Of a DNA stretch of 64,000 bases, positions 38,900 to 52,196 are shown piece by piece. Within the stretch, counting starts at the first letter, position 1; each line of letters opens with the position of its first letter. The DNA lies in NCBI GenBank assembly GCA_013265495.1, contig MU061538.1, positions 1,366,001 through 1,430,000 of the forward strand. The letters are read 5' to 3'. Below the pieces are notes generated by a model. It made no database searches. It was not told the origin of the DNA and saw only the letters and a program-made list of their open reading frames with translations. The translations under genes and the position numbers were made by a program. Source of the stretch: Vicugna vicugna (Eukaryota).

Positions 38900-40360
38900 G
38901 AATCAAGGCTTTAAAAAAGTATCTCTGATTGTCCTGGACTCTTTTATTAAAAAGACTAACCTCTCTTCACTCTTTAGCAGAGTATTTGTATTAAACAAAG
39001 CGCCTGTGATCTTCAGGGTCTATTTTCTGGCTTTCCTTTCTGTTCTAATCGTCATTTTGTCTGCTGTTTCACCAGCAGCACAGCATTCTAGTTACTGTAA
39101 CTTTGAAAGATCCTGTATTTAGCAGAGCATGTCTCCTGCCTTCAAGAGCATCGTTGCTCTTTGAATTTTCATAAAATTTTAGAATCAGCTTGCCAAGTTT
39201 CTAAAAAAAAAATAGTCTCGGGTTTTGATGAGGATTGTCTTTAATATATAGATCAATTTTGGTGAATTAATATCTTCACCATAAATTGTCTTCCAATCCA
39301 TGAATACTTTATGTACCTCCATTTACTTACTTCTTATTTGACTTATAATAACATTTTATAGTTTTTTGCAGAGAGGTCTTGCATCTCTCCTGTAAGTTTC
39401 ACTCACAGTCATAGATATTATTTGATGCTCTTGTAAATGGCTTTTGTTTATAGTGGAACCTGAGACAAGACTACGGAAGCAGGCAGTTTATTTAGAAGGC
39501 AATTCCAAGAACCAGAGCAGGATGAGCGGGGCAGGAAGAGTGTGGGCAGCTGGGACTCAGTCTCACAGAACACGTGGGAGGGTCTTGGGCTTTTCCCACC
39601 GAAGGACAGGCTGGGACATTTGCCAACAGACCTATCTCTCCAGTGATGGCAGGTTGCCTCCGGGGACATTACTGTCCCCGCACTTCTGAGTGTCTCTGTG
39701 CACAACTGGAAGGACTTCTGTGCCTTGGGTGAGTGAACGCCCTGAGCAGGAAAGCGGGCCCCACAGTGTGCGCTTGCTGTGGGATGCATGGAACTGTCCA
39801 CAGCGGCTGTGCTGAAATTGGGCTGGCCGGTAGGATGCGTCCTCCCTAGGGTGCGCTGCAGAACCTGCTGTGTTACTATTTTTAAAAATTATTTCTGTTT
39901 GCTGACCATGGAAAGGTGTCCAATTGATTTTCATAGTCTGACCATAATCCAGGGACCCTCCTAAATTCACTTATTAATTCTAATAATTTGTCTAATGATG
40001 CTCTTGGACTGTGTTCTTACAGAGTTGCACTGTCTGTGAATAATGCCAGTTCTGTTTCTTCTGTACCAGCCCCTGTGCCTTTTATTTTTCTATTGCCGTA
40101 TCGAAGCGTCTAGACCTTCCAGCGCAGTGCGGAGCAGAGCGGTGAGGACAGGCAGCTCTCTTACAGAGGAATCGTAAAGCTGTCAGACTTGGAGGAGGGT
40201 GTCTGGTTTGGTTGCTTGAAGACATTCTTTATCAGGCTGAGAGCATTTTCTTCTACTCCTGGTTTTCTAGAGGGTATTGATCGTAAGTGAATATTGAATT
40301 TTACCATTTTTTAAATCTATAGAGATACTTTTCCTCATTTCCTATTTTTTGTGGTGAATT
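38900..40360 (-). mobile_element. Ancient L1 ORF2 fragment interrupted by an LTR-like insert
   Basis: aaattttagaatcagcttgccaagtttct...aatatatagatcaatttt...tcttccaatccatgaata; the L1 resumes at ~39877 and continues to ttctttatcaggctgagagcattttcttctactcctggttt. Confidence 0.8.
39445..39875. mobile_element. ERVL/MaLR-type LTR relic (LTR16/LTR33-like)
   Basis: cctgagacaagact...gcagtttatttagaaggcaattccaagaa; a GC-richer block that splits a contiguous L1. Confidence 0.5.
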
Positions 40361-43300
40361 CTTTGGAACACAGCAGTATTCAGTTATTATAAAAAAGGTC
40401 TTTGCAAGAAATGGCATTGATGGAGAAATCAGAAGGAACTTTGTTCACCCATCCCTTACACTGAAAATGGGAGTAACAGTTGCTTGAGGCAGAGGGTCTT
40501 AACTTTCCTGTTGCTTTTCTTCTTGATGATTGATCGGCTGCCCATTGACCTCCGGGGAGTCTCTGGGCCCCTTCTCAGAATAAAATGTCTCAATGCATGA
40601 AATGAAATATACAGGATTTTGAGGGAAACAAATTATGTTGAAGTATGTTGCTGCAAAGGAAATAGGTTGTGTTGTAAAAACGTGGTATGACGCGGTGGTG
40701 TAGTACGTGTGTGCTGTCCCAGCACGTGCTGAAGTTCAGGACGGAGTGCAGGCTTCGTGACCGGGATAGTCCTGGGCCCGGGTGGTGTTCTGAGACATCT
40801 TCCACGGTTGTCCTGGGATGTGAAATGTTCTCTGATTTTGCTGCTAATTGGTGTGGTTGCCTAAGAGGTTCGTAGAAATGAAGATGTAATTCTTCCATAA
40901 GTTCCCAAGCCCCTGAGTCCTCTCTGTGGACCCTGTGGGGACGGTTAACCCCAGGTTAAGAACTCCTGCCCCAGAGTCCAAATCCTGCTTGAACGGCGCC
41001 CGGCCGCGGGACGCTGCCTCCTGGGAGCCCTCACACCCATGCCCGCTGCATGCTTGGGAAAGCTGTGCCTCCCCCCAGCGTGAAGCCCCTTGGCTCTCAC
41101 CCTCGCAGATGCGTTTTCCCCATCACGGCTCCATCCCGTGTCCCCGCTGTTCTGTCTGCAGACCTGTTCATGCTCCCTTACACAGCATCGCATTGTGCAC
41201 ATGCACACTGGCGTGTATATTTGCTGCCTGTCTCCCCACTGGACCGTAAGCCCTTCTAGGCTGTTCTGGTCTCTGGTTTGTGTCCACCACTAGCCTGGTG
41301 CCCATCCACGGGAGGTGGCCATAAAAGTTTGTTGAAGGGATAAAAATGGCTCCTCTCTGAGTTGCATTTTAGCAGTCGAGGCTGTTGCAGGAAGGAGCCA
41401 GATAAACTCACTGTGGAGAGACTGTCGCCGACCACGTCATCTACATCAGGCTTGGACAGGGCCTGCAGGAGGCAGTCCTGCAGCTGAGAAACTGGGGGGC
41501 TGAGGTGCGCCGTGACTTGTTCGCCTGCAACGTGTTCTGTTCCGACACCGTGAACCATGACTGCGGTTGCCTGTTTGCTTGGTTTGCCGGAAGACTTGTG
41601 TCCTGATGGGAGCACACACAGGGCTCGCGCGTGTGCTGACGGCTGCAGGGTTACCCCTTGCTTGTCTTGTTTCCCTGTCTCCCTTGTTCTGTAGCACTCA
41701 CCGGAGAAATGTAATGCATTGCGCTTACTGGTCATTTCATTTTAGATGATGTGTGTTTTCCTGTGTCTTATCAGGGTGGGGAGGAGGGGAAACAGACAGG
41801 TGAGTCCCTCTCTTCCTGCCTGGCAGGACCACTGGCTCTGCTGCCCCACCTGGTTGATAACAGGCAAAGCCGGACATGTGGCTGCAGGAGCCAAGGTGGG
41901 TGGAGTTGGGGCAGTGCCAGGACGGAGGCCGGGAGGCGGCGGCGTGTTTGTGCAGAGCTCAGTGCTTCATCCTTTGGGAGCATGGAGGCCTGAGGCGGGC
42001 AGGGCTGGGCCGTGTGAGGATGACAGCTGCTCTTCATGCAGGCCGATAAGTCAAACACCCCAGGTTTTCAGGGAAGGTGTGGGGAGAGCCCAGTCGGTTG
42101 CCTGCTGGCCAGATGGCTTGCTTTCTTCCGTTTCTGACTGTGGGGTGTGCCCCACTTGTGAACTCTGCTCTCTGCACCCTTTGCCCCATCTGGACCAGAT
42201 TTTCTTGGGCCTGACCTCAGCGCCTGGAGGTGCCCCGTCCTTGGTGAGCAGGATGGGGGTAAACGTGTGCTGTGGTCCTTGGAGGTAGAGAACAGAATAC
42301 AGGTTCTGTAGTTTCTTCGGTGGAAGCGTGACACATTTTCTGTGTGCTGTCTCTGTGACCAGGTCTGTTACCTTCCAGCATCAGTGCTGCTTCCGCCTGG
42401 TAGATACCGTACGTAACTGGAGATGGTCTTTTCCGAGGGAGCTGCTTTAAACACACTTCAAACTCCCTTCCCCACGAAGGAAAAAGAATGTGATTTTTGC
42501 CCCACATTTTGGCATCTCATTCCACGGCAAAGGACTCTGGGCTTGGCGTGAGGACGCCTGCCAAACTGTAGCCCTCCTGAATTCCAAACATATTTGTAAA
42601 TCCCCACAGACGGGCTCCTGCGTCTGAGCCCCGCCGTTCTACCCGGCAGGGACCCCCGAACCCAGCGCTCGCCTTGGGGGCTTCCTTCCACTCGGTCCAA
42701 ACGGCGTGGGAACCAGACGTGACAGTGGACACTCTGGTTCAGAGGGACCCTGTGTCATGGTTACAGAATACTTCTGATTTTGCTGAAGTCCGTTAGCTCT
42801 GGTACCTGGTAGATTCGGCTTGATGTCACTGCCATCAGCACCTGCAGTCTGTGGGGTCAGGCTGCTCGGAAGGGACATGTCCGTCCCAGTGAATCGGAGG
42901 AGAGTGACGAACGGCAGTCGGCGTCAGCGGGCCCCGAGGACGCGCCGCGCCGGGCTGCCGGGCGCCCCTCCTGCCCCAGCTGTGCCGGGCCAGTGGCGTG
43001 AGCGGCCTGCGCTCTCGGGGCACCTGGTGCTGGGCAGGTCGGGGCCCCGCTGGCCCCTGCGGCTGCACCACAGGCTCTCAACACGTTTAAGGCAATTCTG
43101 TGGCGTGAAAATCCACCTCGCCTGAGGCGTCGGGGTTTATTGAAGGCGGGATGTTGATTTACTTCGGTGACGTTCAACATCACCTGGACATCTCTTGTGA
43201 ATTTGGTGGGAATACAGGTACCCACCCCCACCCCTTGCGGGGGAGCTTGGGTCCAGCCAGCTTCAGGGCTCGGATCTGGGGAGGAGGCCAGAATCCTGGA

Positions 43301-43474
43301 GTCAGCCGCCCTGACGAGGGAGGGGTTCCCTGCTTGGCTCCCTTTGAGAGTGCTTGGCATTTGCAGGCGGTGGTGAGGGTTAGATACGCATTCTGACTTC
43401 CGGGAAGAATCATTATCAGTGCCAGACCCGGGGAGCCAGAGGTAGCCCTCAGCTTCATGCAGAAACAGAGGAAA

Positions 43475-43612
43475 GGGGGTGGGTAGAGCTCCGTGGTGGG
43501 ACGTGTGCTTAGCAAGCAGGAGGTCCTGGGTTCCATCCCTAGTCCCTCCGTTAAATAAATTAACAAACAAATAAATACCTAATTACCGCCCCCCCACCGC
43601 CAAAACAAACAC
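43475..43612 (+). mobile_element. tRNA-Ala-derived SINE (camelid vic-1-like)
   Basis: gggggtgggtagagctccgtggtgggacgtgtgcttagcaagcaggaggtcctgggttccatccctagtccctcc with A/B-box remnants, then aaataaa..cctaattaccgcccccc..caaaac; homologous to 63661-63790. Confidence 0.9.
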
Positions 43613-43849
43613 ACTAGAGGAAGTAGTCGGGATGAGAGAGCTTAGAAATCGCCCCCCGGTTCTCTTGCCCCAGGACCTCCGGGTCCCCCGCACTCCCAGC
43701 TCGGTGCATGACCGGCACCTGCTGCTCTGAGCAGGTGTGTTGGAGCCGCTGCTGGGTAGCTGGCTGGTCTGGCTGCCAGTAGTGGGGACCGGAAGGTCCC
43801 CTAAGGACCCCGGGGCCCCACGCTGACTTGTGGAGCCGGAAGAGTTCAG

Positions 43850-44700
43850 GGCTGAGGCATGAGTCCTGGGGGGCCTTCCCTGTGGGGGATGGGCAGCACG
43901 CAGCCAGAGACGGAACGAGTGCAGAGCTGGCAAACCGGGACTCAGCCCGCACCCCCGAGGCTTGCGGTCACAGAGCTGAGCCCCTCCCCTGCGCGAGGCC
44001 GTGCCCCGTGCCCCCGGACAGGTTCCCTGGGCCCCAGGGACAGGACCCTCGGCAACAACGCCCTGGACCGGCTCGCGCGGGGCTCCGCGCCGAGATCGGA
44101 GGGACCGGTGCGCGTCCCGTGGGCTGTTTCCCTCCGGGTGCCCGGCTGGCCCTCCCACGCGTCAGTCGCCTGCGCCTGTGAAGAGCCGCGCGGGAGGACG
44201 GCGCCCGGGGACGAGCTCAGCATAGCAGCCGACGCTGGATTCGCGACTCGGCCCCGATGGCGTGCGGAGCGGGCAGGTGGCTGTAAGGCCCCGGGGCGCC
44301 TGGGAGCGTGACGCCCGCTCCGCTCCGGCCGCCTGCTCTTGCGGGTGTTTCACGCTCCTGGGGTTGGCGCCCGGGCATTTCCGCACAAACGGAAGCCGAT
44401 CGCAGACAAAATGTAGACGCGGGGGCGTGAGGCGGGGTCCGCCCGGCCGAGGCGCTGCCGGGGGGTGTGCTGGGAGCCCGTGGCGGCCTCGGACCCCTGC
44501 CCTCCCGCGGGCCCCGCAGGGGAGGGGCCGGGGGGCTCCGGGGGCGGTGGTGAGGGGTGTGGGCGCCAGAGCTGCTCCGCCCTTCACGTGGGAGCCTTTC
44601 CCCCACGTGTCAGCGGCAGGGTCAGGCCTCCAACGTCCAGAGGCCGCTGGCCGGGAGCCGTCGGCTCGTGGTCTGAGCTCAGGCTCCCGTTAGCAAGGGG
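43850..44700. promoter_or_regulatory. CpG island (possible promoter or enhancer)
   Basis: Densest CpG block in the window; GC-box-like gaggcggggt and ccgccc, ETS-like acggaag. Confidence 0.7.
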
Positions 44701-47700
44701 TGTCCTGTGGGCCGCCGTCCCTTGGCCACATGCGTCCGTTCTGTGGTTTCATCTGTAGGTCCGGTGTTTGGGGCTGAAATGCATTTGCGAAAGTACGGGC
44801 TGCCTGTGGTGATGGCGGGCAAAAATATTTTTAAACTGATAGTATATATTCCAGCTGTCCCAGATCCCCAAGTGCAGGTGGACCTGGAGCTGGTCCCAGG
44901 GTCGGCCAGGAGCACACGGGTGGTGGAGGGGCCTCTGGTCTCTGCGTGTCTCCCCTGCGTTCTGCCCAGGACCAGCTGGGAGTTGCTCCCAGGGGACCTG
45001 GGGGTGCTTCTGCCTTGGCTTCGTCCACCCTGTCATCACGGAAAGGTGGTCATCGGTCGGAGATGACTCTGAGGAAGCAGGTCACCCACACCTCTGACTG
45101 GCGGACAAATGGCCTTTTGTAGATGATGGTCTGCAGTGATGGTGGCTCTCCAGGGAGCGTCCACACACTGGACTTGTCTCCACGTGGGTGGAATGATGTC
45201 TGAGGGCAGCTTGGTTGGTTCAGGAGGTCAGCCCACACCTTGTTCCCCAGAACAAGAAATCCATCTCCTTTCCTTCTGGAATGTGCAACGGGGGGCCCCT
45301 AGGCCCACCCTCCTCCTCCTCCGCTCTGGAGCACGTCCCATAACTGGTTTGCAGGTGGAGAAAACTGTCCTGAGAGAGACATGCCATTCCCTGTGCCGAT
45401 GCCCGCTTGGTGGTCTCGTTTCGTGAAAACAAGTCTCCTTGCCCCGTTGTACGGTGAACCCAGGACCGTTCCAAGAACCGGAGCTCAGGGTGTGAGAAGG
45501 TGCTCTGTGCAGGGAGGGGTGGGACTCGAGGGACAGCTTGGGAGCCGCTTCTAGGGGGGCCTCAGCCCGAAGGCTGTCCTGTGCTCCCCCAGTCACCGCC
45601 GATCGTCTGGCAGCAGGCCCTTCACGCTGCGGAGGCTGGCATACTTCCCAGGGGGTTCGCGGTTCCTAGCCTTTCTCCTCTGGAAGGCGGTTGATGGGCT
45701 CAAGGATCGCGCTGGGTTTGGATGCATCCTTTTAAAAAATGAGCAAATTGCGCGGTTATTACTGGTGTGACTTTTCTTCCTGAGTTTAACCTCGTTCCTG
45801 GAGCGCAGGATAGGGAGTTCACGGGCGTTTTCTGTGGATCTGGGGGAGCACAGAGGAAAGAAGCCCTGGAGCTGAGGCTCCTCGCCCGGCCGGCTGAGGG
45901 TCCGGGGCGGTCCCCCCGCTGTCCCTCCTGCCCGAAGAGCGAGTGCTTTCTGCGCCTTTGAAGGATGATGGTGTCACCTTAACTGGTTCGAAAGTCTGAG
46001 AGTTAAAAGCTCCCTCTTGAACCGGCAGCCCTTTAGAATTTACGGAGGGACAAGCTACATCAGGCTCAACGAGCCTGGCCCCACAGAAAGTCAACACTTG
46101 TCTAAAAGCAAACACGGTCTTCGAATACAAGGTCAAAGCGAAAGAATGCCAGCCCCTGCCCCGCCCCCGACCACTTGTCTCCTTCAGAGTTGGCGAGGGC
46201 GACCCAGCCCTCGTGCAGGTCAGGTGCGTGTCCCCGCAGACACCGGAGTTACTATTAAACCCGAAATTAATAGATTAGATAACAATTGCATGCTTTTAGT
46301 GCCAGTTAATTTAATCGCTGTGTTTCTCCCTCCTTTTACGAGGCAGGAAAATGCAGCCGTGGTGGCGAGTTCTCAGGGCGGGACTCCGTGCCCCAGTGGC
46401 CACCAACCAGCTGTGCCGACACATGTAATCCCCTCAAATTCTGCCCCCGATGATGTCGGGGGGAGCCCTTCAAGCAGGGCTATTAAAAAGGGCCTTGAAC
46501 ATGCTCCTTGCTGTAAGATTTATGCTGGCTTATGCTAGAATAACAATGAGGCGGTGGTATTTGTTTGAAAATGAAAGGATTATAGGGTCTTTGTAAAATG
46601 AGGAATTTAGTTTTGGGGAGGGGCCGAAAAAGGGTGATTTATTTTTTGTTGATGTTCCTGTGAATCCTTTGATATGTCAACTTCTGTCACTGCGTATTAG
46701 GACACTTGTAATTTCTTGAATCAACCAAGATGAAATACACACGGCCTCAAATAATTTATGTCAGAAACTCAACTCAGCACCGTAAATGCCTGGGCTTTTG
46801 AAAGATTAGAATGAGGCTGGGCTATTTGGTCTTTAAAGACCTGCAGGTAATGTGGTAAACACCAAATTTAGGTGTTTTAGCAAGAAAAAAGTCTCGGTTC
46901 TCCCTGTGTTGTTCTGTGGTGAGAGGAGTGTTTCACTTTCAGTGATTTTTCCAGAAAGTGACAATGAACAAAGTTGCTCCTCTGAGTTCTGGTCAGTTTC
47001 CTGGGAGGGCAGGTCCTGCTTGCAGGACGGCAGCGCTTGGAAGTCGGGAATTTCATGTAGGACCATTTCCAAGGAGGGGGATGGCGTGGGTTTTGGGGTG
47101 TGATCAGAGTGGTCTTCACTGGGTTGTTTTTCTCCGGGCTCGCCCAGGGGAGGTGTCCTGGGACCCTGTACATCAGAACCATGTGTGTCCTCGTCCACTG
47201 CAAGTTCCCGAGAGTAGGGCCACTGGCTTGCCTCCCTCATCACTTTATCCCCTGGCGTGTGGCCTGGGCTTCGTGGACCCTCACTCTGCATTCGTGGCCA
47301 GTTGGATGTGTGAATGCAGACCACTCTTGTGCAGAAGAAGACGCTGTGGCCTCAGAGGTGAAGCGGCTTAGCTGAGCTTACCCGGCAGCCCGGCAGCAGG
47401 ACTGGGTCTCAGACTCAGGTTTCTGGACTCTGGGTTCAAAATCTTTAAAGAATACGGTGTATTTACACTCACGGGTGGCTTGCTGGTGGTAAGTCACTTT
47501 TTCCCATGATAAGTTAATAAACAACAAACAAACAAACAGGTTCAAAACAAAACCCAGCTTGGCTCTAACTCCCACCAGTGACAATTCAGTTCCCTGGGAA
47601 ACGTAACGTGTGTAGTTTTTATGAGTGTGGGTGTCTGTTGGCACTTTTCTCTTGTGCTTGTCATTTTCTTCTGTAACAAACTGCCCTGTTGCACACTGAC

Positions 47701-48555
47701 CGCTTTCTGTGAAGAGTTAGAAATGAAACGTGTGGCATGATCAACTGAAAGAGAAATGCCTAGTTTCGCACCTGAGAGGGCCTGGCTCTCGTAACTGGGA
47801 AGCCCGGGGCACGTGGGGCACGCTGACGCGTGAGGGCAGCGGCGGCGGGGATGAGGGCCCTCCGGTCTGGTTTGCGGTGATGTTCACAAGAGCCTTGCAG
47901 GACCAGAGGACTCTTGAGACATGTCCTTCCCGACACAGGATGTCCTTCCCCATGGGGCTGAGGGCCAGGCCTTGGTTTAACCTGGAGGTAAAGCTGGGGG
48001 GCACGATGCCGTGTTTGCACGGTGTCTGGCTCAGAGATGGGTATTTCTGTTGGAAAAGGAAGTTGATTACCGAGCCCTCTGGGAATCAGCAGCAGCTCGG
48101 ATGGCGTGGCGGAGTCCAGGCGGGCACAGGGTGGGAGAGCTGAGGTCTCCTTCCTCACCCTGGGAGGGCCAGCTGTTAGCGTGTGTGGACTCTTCGCCTC
48201 AGTCCGCTTAGCGCTGATGCAGGATGCTGGTGTGCCCAGGGACAGCTGGGTAAGCAGTAAGAAAATGGGATGAATGCTTGAAAATCTACCGGATCCGAAC
48301 CACGTAGAGTGTTTCCTCTTTAACCTGATACTCCAGACCCTTCGTTTTCTGGTCCCGAGCCCCTCAACCCTGCCGTCCTGTGGAGCTCTGTTCCCCCACC
48401 TCTGCATTCAAGGCTACCTTCTCATCCAGTGAACCACCGGTGTTGTAACCACATCGTCCTGCAGAGCAAAGTGGGAGCCAGGGAGGGGCCAGTCTGGTCT
48501 GAGAGGACAGCTGTCTAAACAGGCAGAGCTGTTCCCTCCGTCCGTCCATCTCAGG

Positions 48556-48588
<33 letters not shown>

Positions 48589-48750
48589 TCATACACACTC
48601 ACACTCACACATTCACATGTACATAGATGCGCTCACAGACACAAACTCACACAGACACATGTACACAGACACACTCGGATATATAGACACAGACAAACAG
48701 ACAGAGACATAGAAGACAGACACATACACTCAGACACACACAGACACACG
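48556..48750 (+). repeat. (GC)n(CA)n microsatellite plus degenerate CA/CAGA tract
   Basis: gcgcgcgcgcacacacac... followed by acagacacac variants. Confidence 0.92.
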
Positions 48751-49699
48751 CCTCTTTCGTTTATTGTATGGTTTTCCCTGAAATCCGTCATTCTCAATTC
48801 TTCACCTTTTTCTGTCTGGCTTGACTGGACAAAATGAAGCAGAAAGTATTTTTTATTTACTCTGAGAAAGCTGAGAGAGGCTGTAATTTGTTTATGAAAG
48901 GCGCATCCCTAAAAAGGAAAAAAAGGCAAAGAAAAGTTCAAAACGCAGACACCTGCTGTCACCCTGATGCTGACCCCTGGGCGCTGAGCGCACGCATCCC
49001 AGACCGTTGCCAGTTGGAAGACGGCTCAGCGAGCTCACACTGATCTTTGGCCCCTTGTCCTTGGGAGGATACCGTTTCTGGTTTCTTCGATGAGATCATC
49101 GCACACTTTAAATCCCTGAGTGGCTGCACTTGATCTCCAAAGAGCTGCGGGACCCAACGGGCTGGTCCTTGGGGAAGAAGCCTTTCCCAAGCTCTCTCCC
49201 CAGCATCTGGTCTGCTGCACAGGCCCTGCCCCGACGCGTGTTCCCGAGGGCGGGCGTGGCCTCAGACCTCGGAAGTCTCACCATTGGCCTATTCCCTCTT
49301 TGCATTCAAAGTTTCTCTCAGAATTTATTGAGAGATTCCAGCTTAGAATTAGCCGTATAAAGATGGCATGTCCCATCTTAGTCTCTTAAAAATCACCCAA
49401 GGTTGCAAGAAGAATCAGAACAACAATGCAGATGGCATTTTTATGACAAGATCAGGAGACATCTATAAGCCTGAAATCCAATATACGAGGGAAAGCTGCC
49501 AAGGAGAAAGGGGGTTAAGAGACGCCCGGGAGGACACCCAGCTGCCGATTGCAGGGCGCGCAGACAGAGCCCCTCTCAGGAGGGAGGGGCCTGTCCCGTG
49601 GGGAAAGCCAACAACCCTTTGTTTGGAAGGAGGACAGATGATGGGGCAGGCGGCAGGAGTTCTCAGGGTTCAGTGTGGCAGAGTCTCGAGAATCAGAGA

Positions 49700-50545
49700 A
49701 GGCAGTGTTAAATGTAAGAGTTACACAGTGAGCTGTATGTGTAAAACAAACCCAGTTACATGTATATCACTGAGTGGGATGTGTGTATGTATATAAATTA
49801 TATGTGTGTATCAGTGACATACACATACATCAGGGGCTTGGTGAGACCAGGTGGAGAAAAACTCTGCATCAGGAGTGGCCGTGTGCTGCTGCCTTCGTTG
49901 GCTGGAACAAAATAAATCTAAGTGAACTTGTTCATACATAATCCTGGGCACAGGGAGGATTCCCATTTGCTTAGAACACAACCTTGGATTTTCCACCAAG
50001 TGTATCTTCATCAGATGGCTCATGGGAAAAAAAAAAATCTCATTCAGTGGTAAATTATAATGTAAAAGGTTAAAAGGTCTATTTTTAAATGCCAAAGGGA
50101 AATGTATTCAATTAACAGGATGAAGAGATGGCAAATGAAAAATATGGCCTGTTTGAAAAATATGGCCTAGAGGTCAGTGACAGTCATGACCAAATTGGTC
50201 ATCATGAGATTTAAAGCCGATCGAGCAGTTTACCTCCATAAAACAAGAGCACAAATCCAAACTATAAGAGCTCATGAACAAAAAGTTCCAACAGCTGGCA
50301 GGTAATGATCAGCTGGAGGTTGTTGGACTTAGGCAAGAGTTGAGTAAAACTTCCTGTGGTCTGGCAGGCCTGCTCCTGGGTGTGTGTCCAGAGGAAAAGA
50401 AGACAGGATGCCCAGAGGTGCCACAGCCACGTTCACTGCAGCACTGTTCCCTGTAGCCAAGACAGAAACACCCGGTGTCCATCCGCAGGTGATGGACAAA
50501 GGAGACACAGCAGACACACAACTGCCAGCATCTTGATTCATCCAG
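49700..50545 (+). mobile_element. Highly decayed ancient L1 pieces
   Basis: cacagccacgttcactgcagcactgttccctgtagccaagacagaaacacccggtgtccatcc resembles the ORF2 3' region. Confidence 0.5.
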
Positions 50546-52196
50546 AGCGGGGGCTGTGTCTTCCACCATCTCTGTCCCTTTGAGCGGGGCACACAGGGTC
50601 CTCCAGGTGCCTTCCGTAAGCTCTAAGTGGATTCAAAGCCTGCGGTTTTGTGAGGGTTGTTATGTCCGTTTCCTCCTTCTGTGTGACTCCTGGGTCCCAG
50701 CTCATCAGTGAAGATGCACCCTCACCTGCATCATGGGCTCCGCTTTATCATGACCCCTCGGCCCCTGTTCCATGCTCCTCACGTCCCCTCCCTGCCCCAC
50801 TGCCTGCATGCATACTGACCCCCACTGCATGAAATGTCCCTGCATGTCCCTTATGTGAGGCACATTTTACACGTCTTCTCAGGATCAGCTGAAATCTCAG
50901 GCATTTTCCACCCCTGTCCAAGTCTTTCAACTACTTCAGCTGAATTCTAATCTCTTCTTTTTCAGATTTCCTGTGTAGGACATTGAACTTCAAATTCTTT
51001 TGATTTGGAAGTCTTGACTCCTTTTCAAAATGATAGACTCAAGTGTCTTTCCTAATGTATTCTACACAACACCTGAAACAAGGCTGCGCAGAGAGTGGGC
51101 TCAGGGACTGTTATTTTATTAACCGATTGACATGCTGGAGGGTATTGCAAGGGGCCAGCAGGAGGCAGGGTTGCCTACTGACCAACAGTGTTGTGCTGAT
51201 GCAGTCTGTGCCTAATTGTGTTTAATTATTGCAGATGTGTAGCGGTCTGTGCTGTGTGCGCGTTCCCGGAATCACTTCAGTGTGTCCATGATTGATGTCG
51301 GGGCTGCGCGGGTTGCAGTATTGGCGGTTTGAGAAGGATGGAAACTTGAGTGGTAGTAGATTAATAATTGCTGTAAAAGTGAAAGCAGAGATGAGGCTTT
51401 AAGCTTTTGGCAGGGGAAACGGCGATGATTCTCTGTGAAGTATCGTTCCCAAGGAAGGAGGAGTCACCTTCCCTAAAATACCCTTTCCATCCTTAATGCG
51501 TTATGACTCTTCTCTCTAAAACTTTCCCCTCTTGGCAGTATCTCCTACACAAGTGTGGGGTTGTTTTTCCAAGAGCTGAGCCGATCTTTGCCTAACGGAT
51601 AAATTGCAGTGGAAGATTAAGCTGGAGGGGAGAGAACTGAGCTGGGCGATTGAAATGACCACCTAACAGCTCTGGCCCCTCCGACACCCCGGCCCCTCTG
51701 CCTGCTGACTCTGCTTGGCCATCGCGAGTTGTTCTCTGACGCACCTCGTGCAAGATTAAAGATAGAGAGGATTATTTTTTTTGAGCAAAAACAGTAAGAT
51801 TCTTAGAGATTTCCTTGTCTTGTTCGGGGAAAAGATGCCTGATGTTGGCAAAAATGGATTCAAGACCTAGGGTTTCGCAAGTTGCTTCTCTTCTCCTTGT
51901 GTTTAACTCCCAAGCCGCATCTCATCGGTGAGGTTTCCCCCGGGACCACTGAGGACAGAGAACCTAAGACCCAGGAGTGACATTGCTAAGGAATTAAAAC
52001 TATAATTTTATCCATGAAGTGACTGAGGCCTGCACAAGGTCACTGGATCTACTCAAGGGCCACAACCAGTACCCACCTGTCCTATTCCTAACTGGCTGCC
52101 TATTTTAACACTTAGTTTATCTGAGCGTGTTGACTGCCACATGCCTGCTCTGTCCCTGTTACAAGTACAGGCCACTCGTCGGCAGGGAATATTCTT

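Noticed and set aside
43475..43550. tRNA-Ala gene (also 63661-63735)
   Set aside because: Degenerate stems, a SINE tail, no T-run terminator, and a TSD at the second copy.
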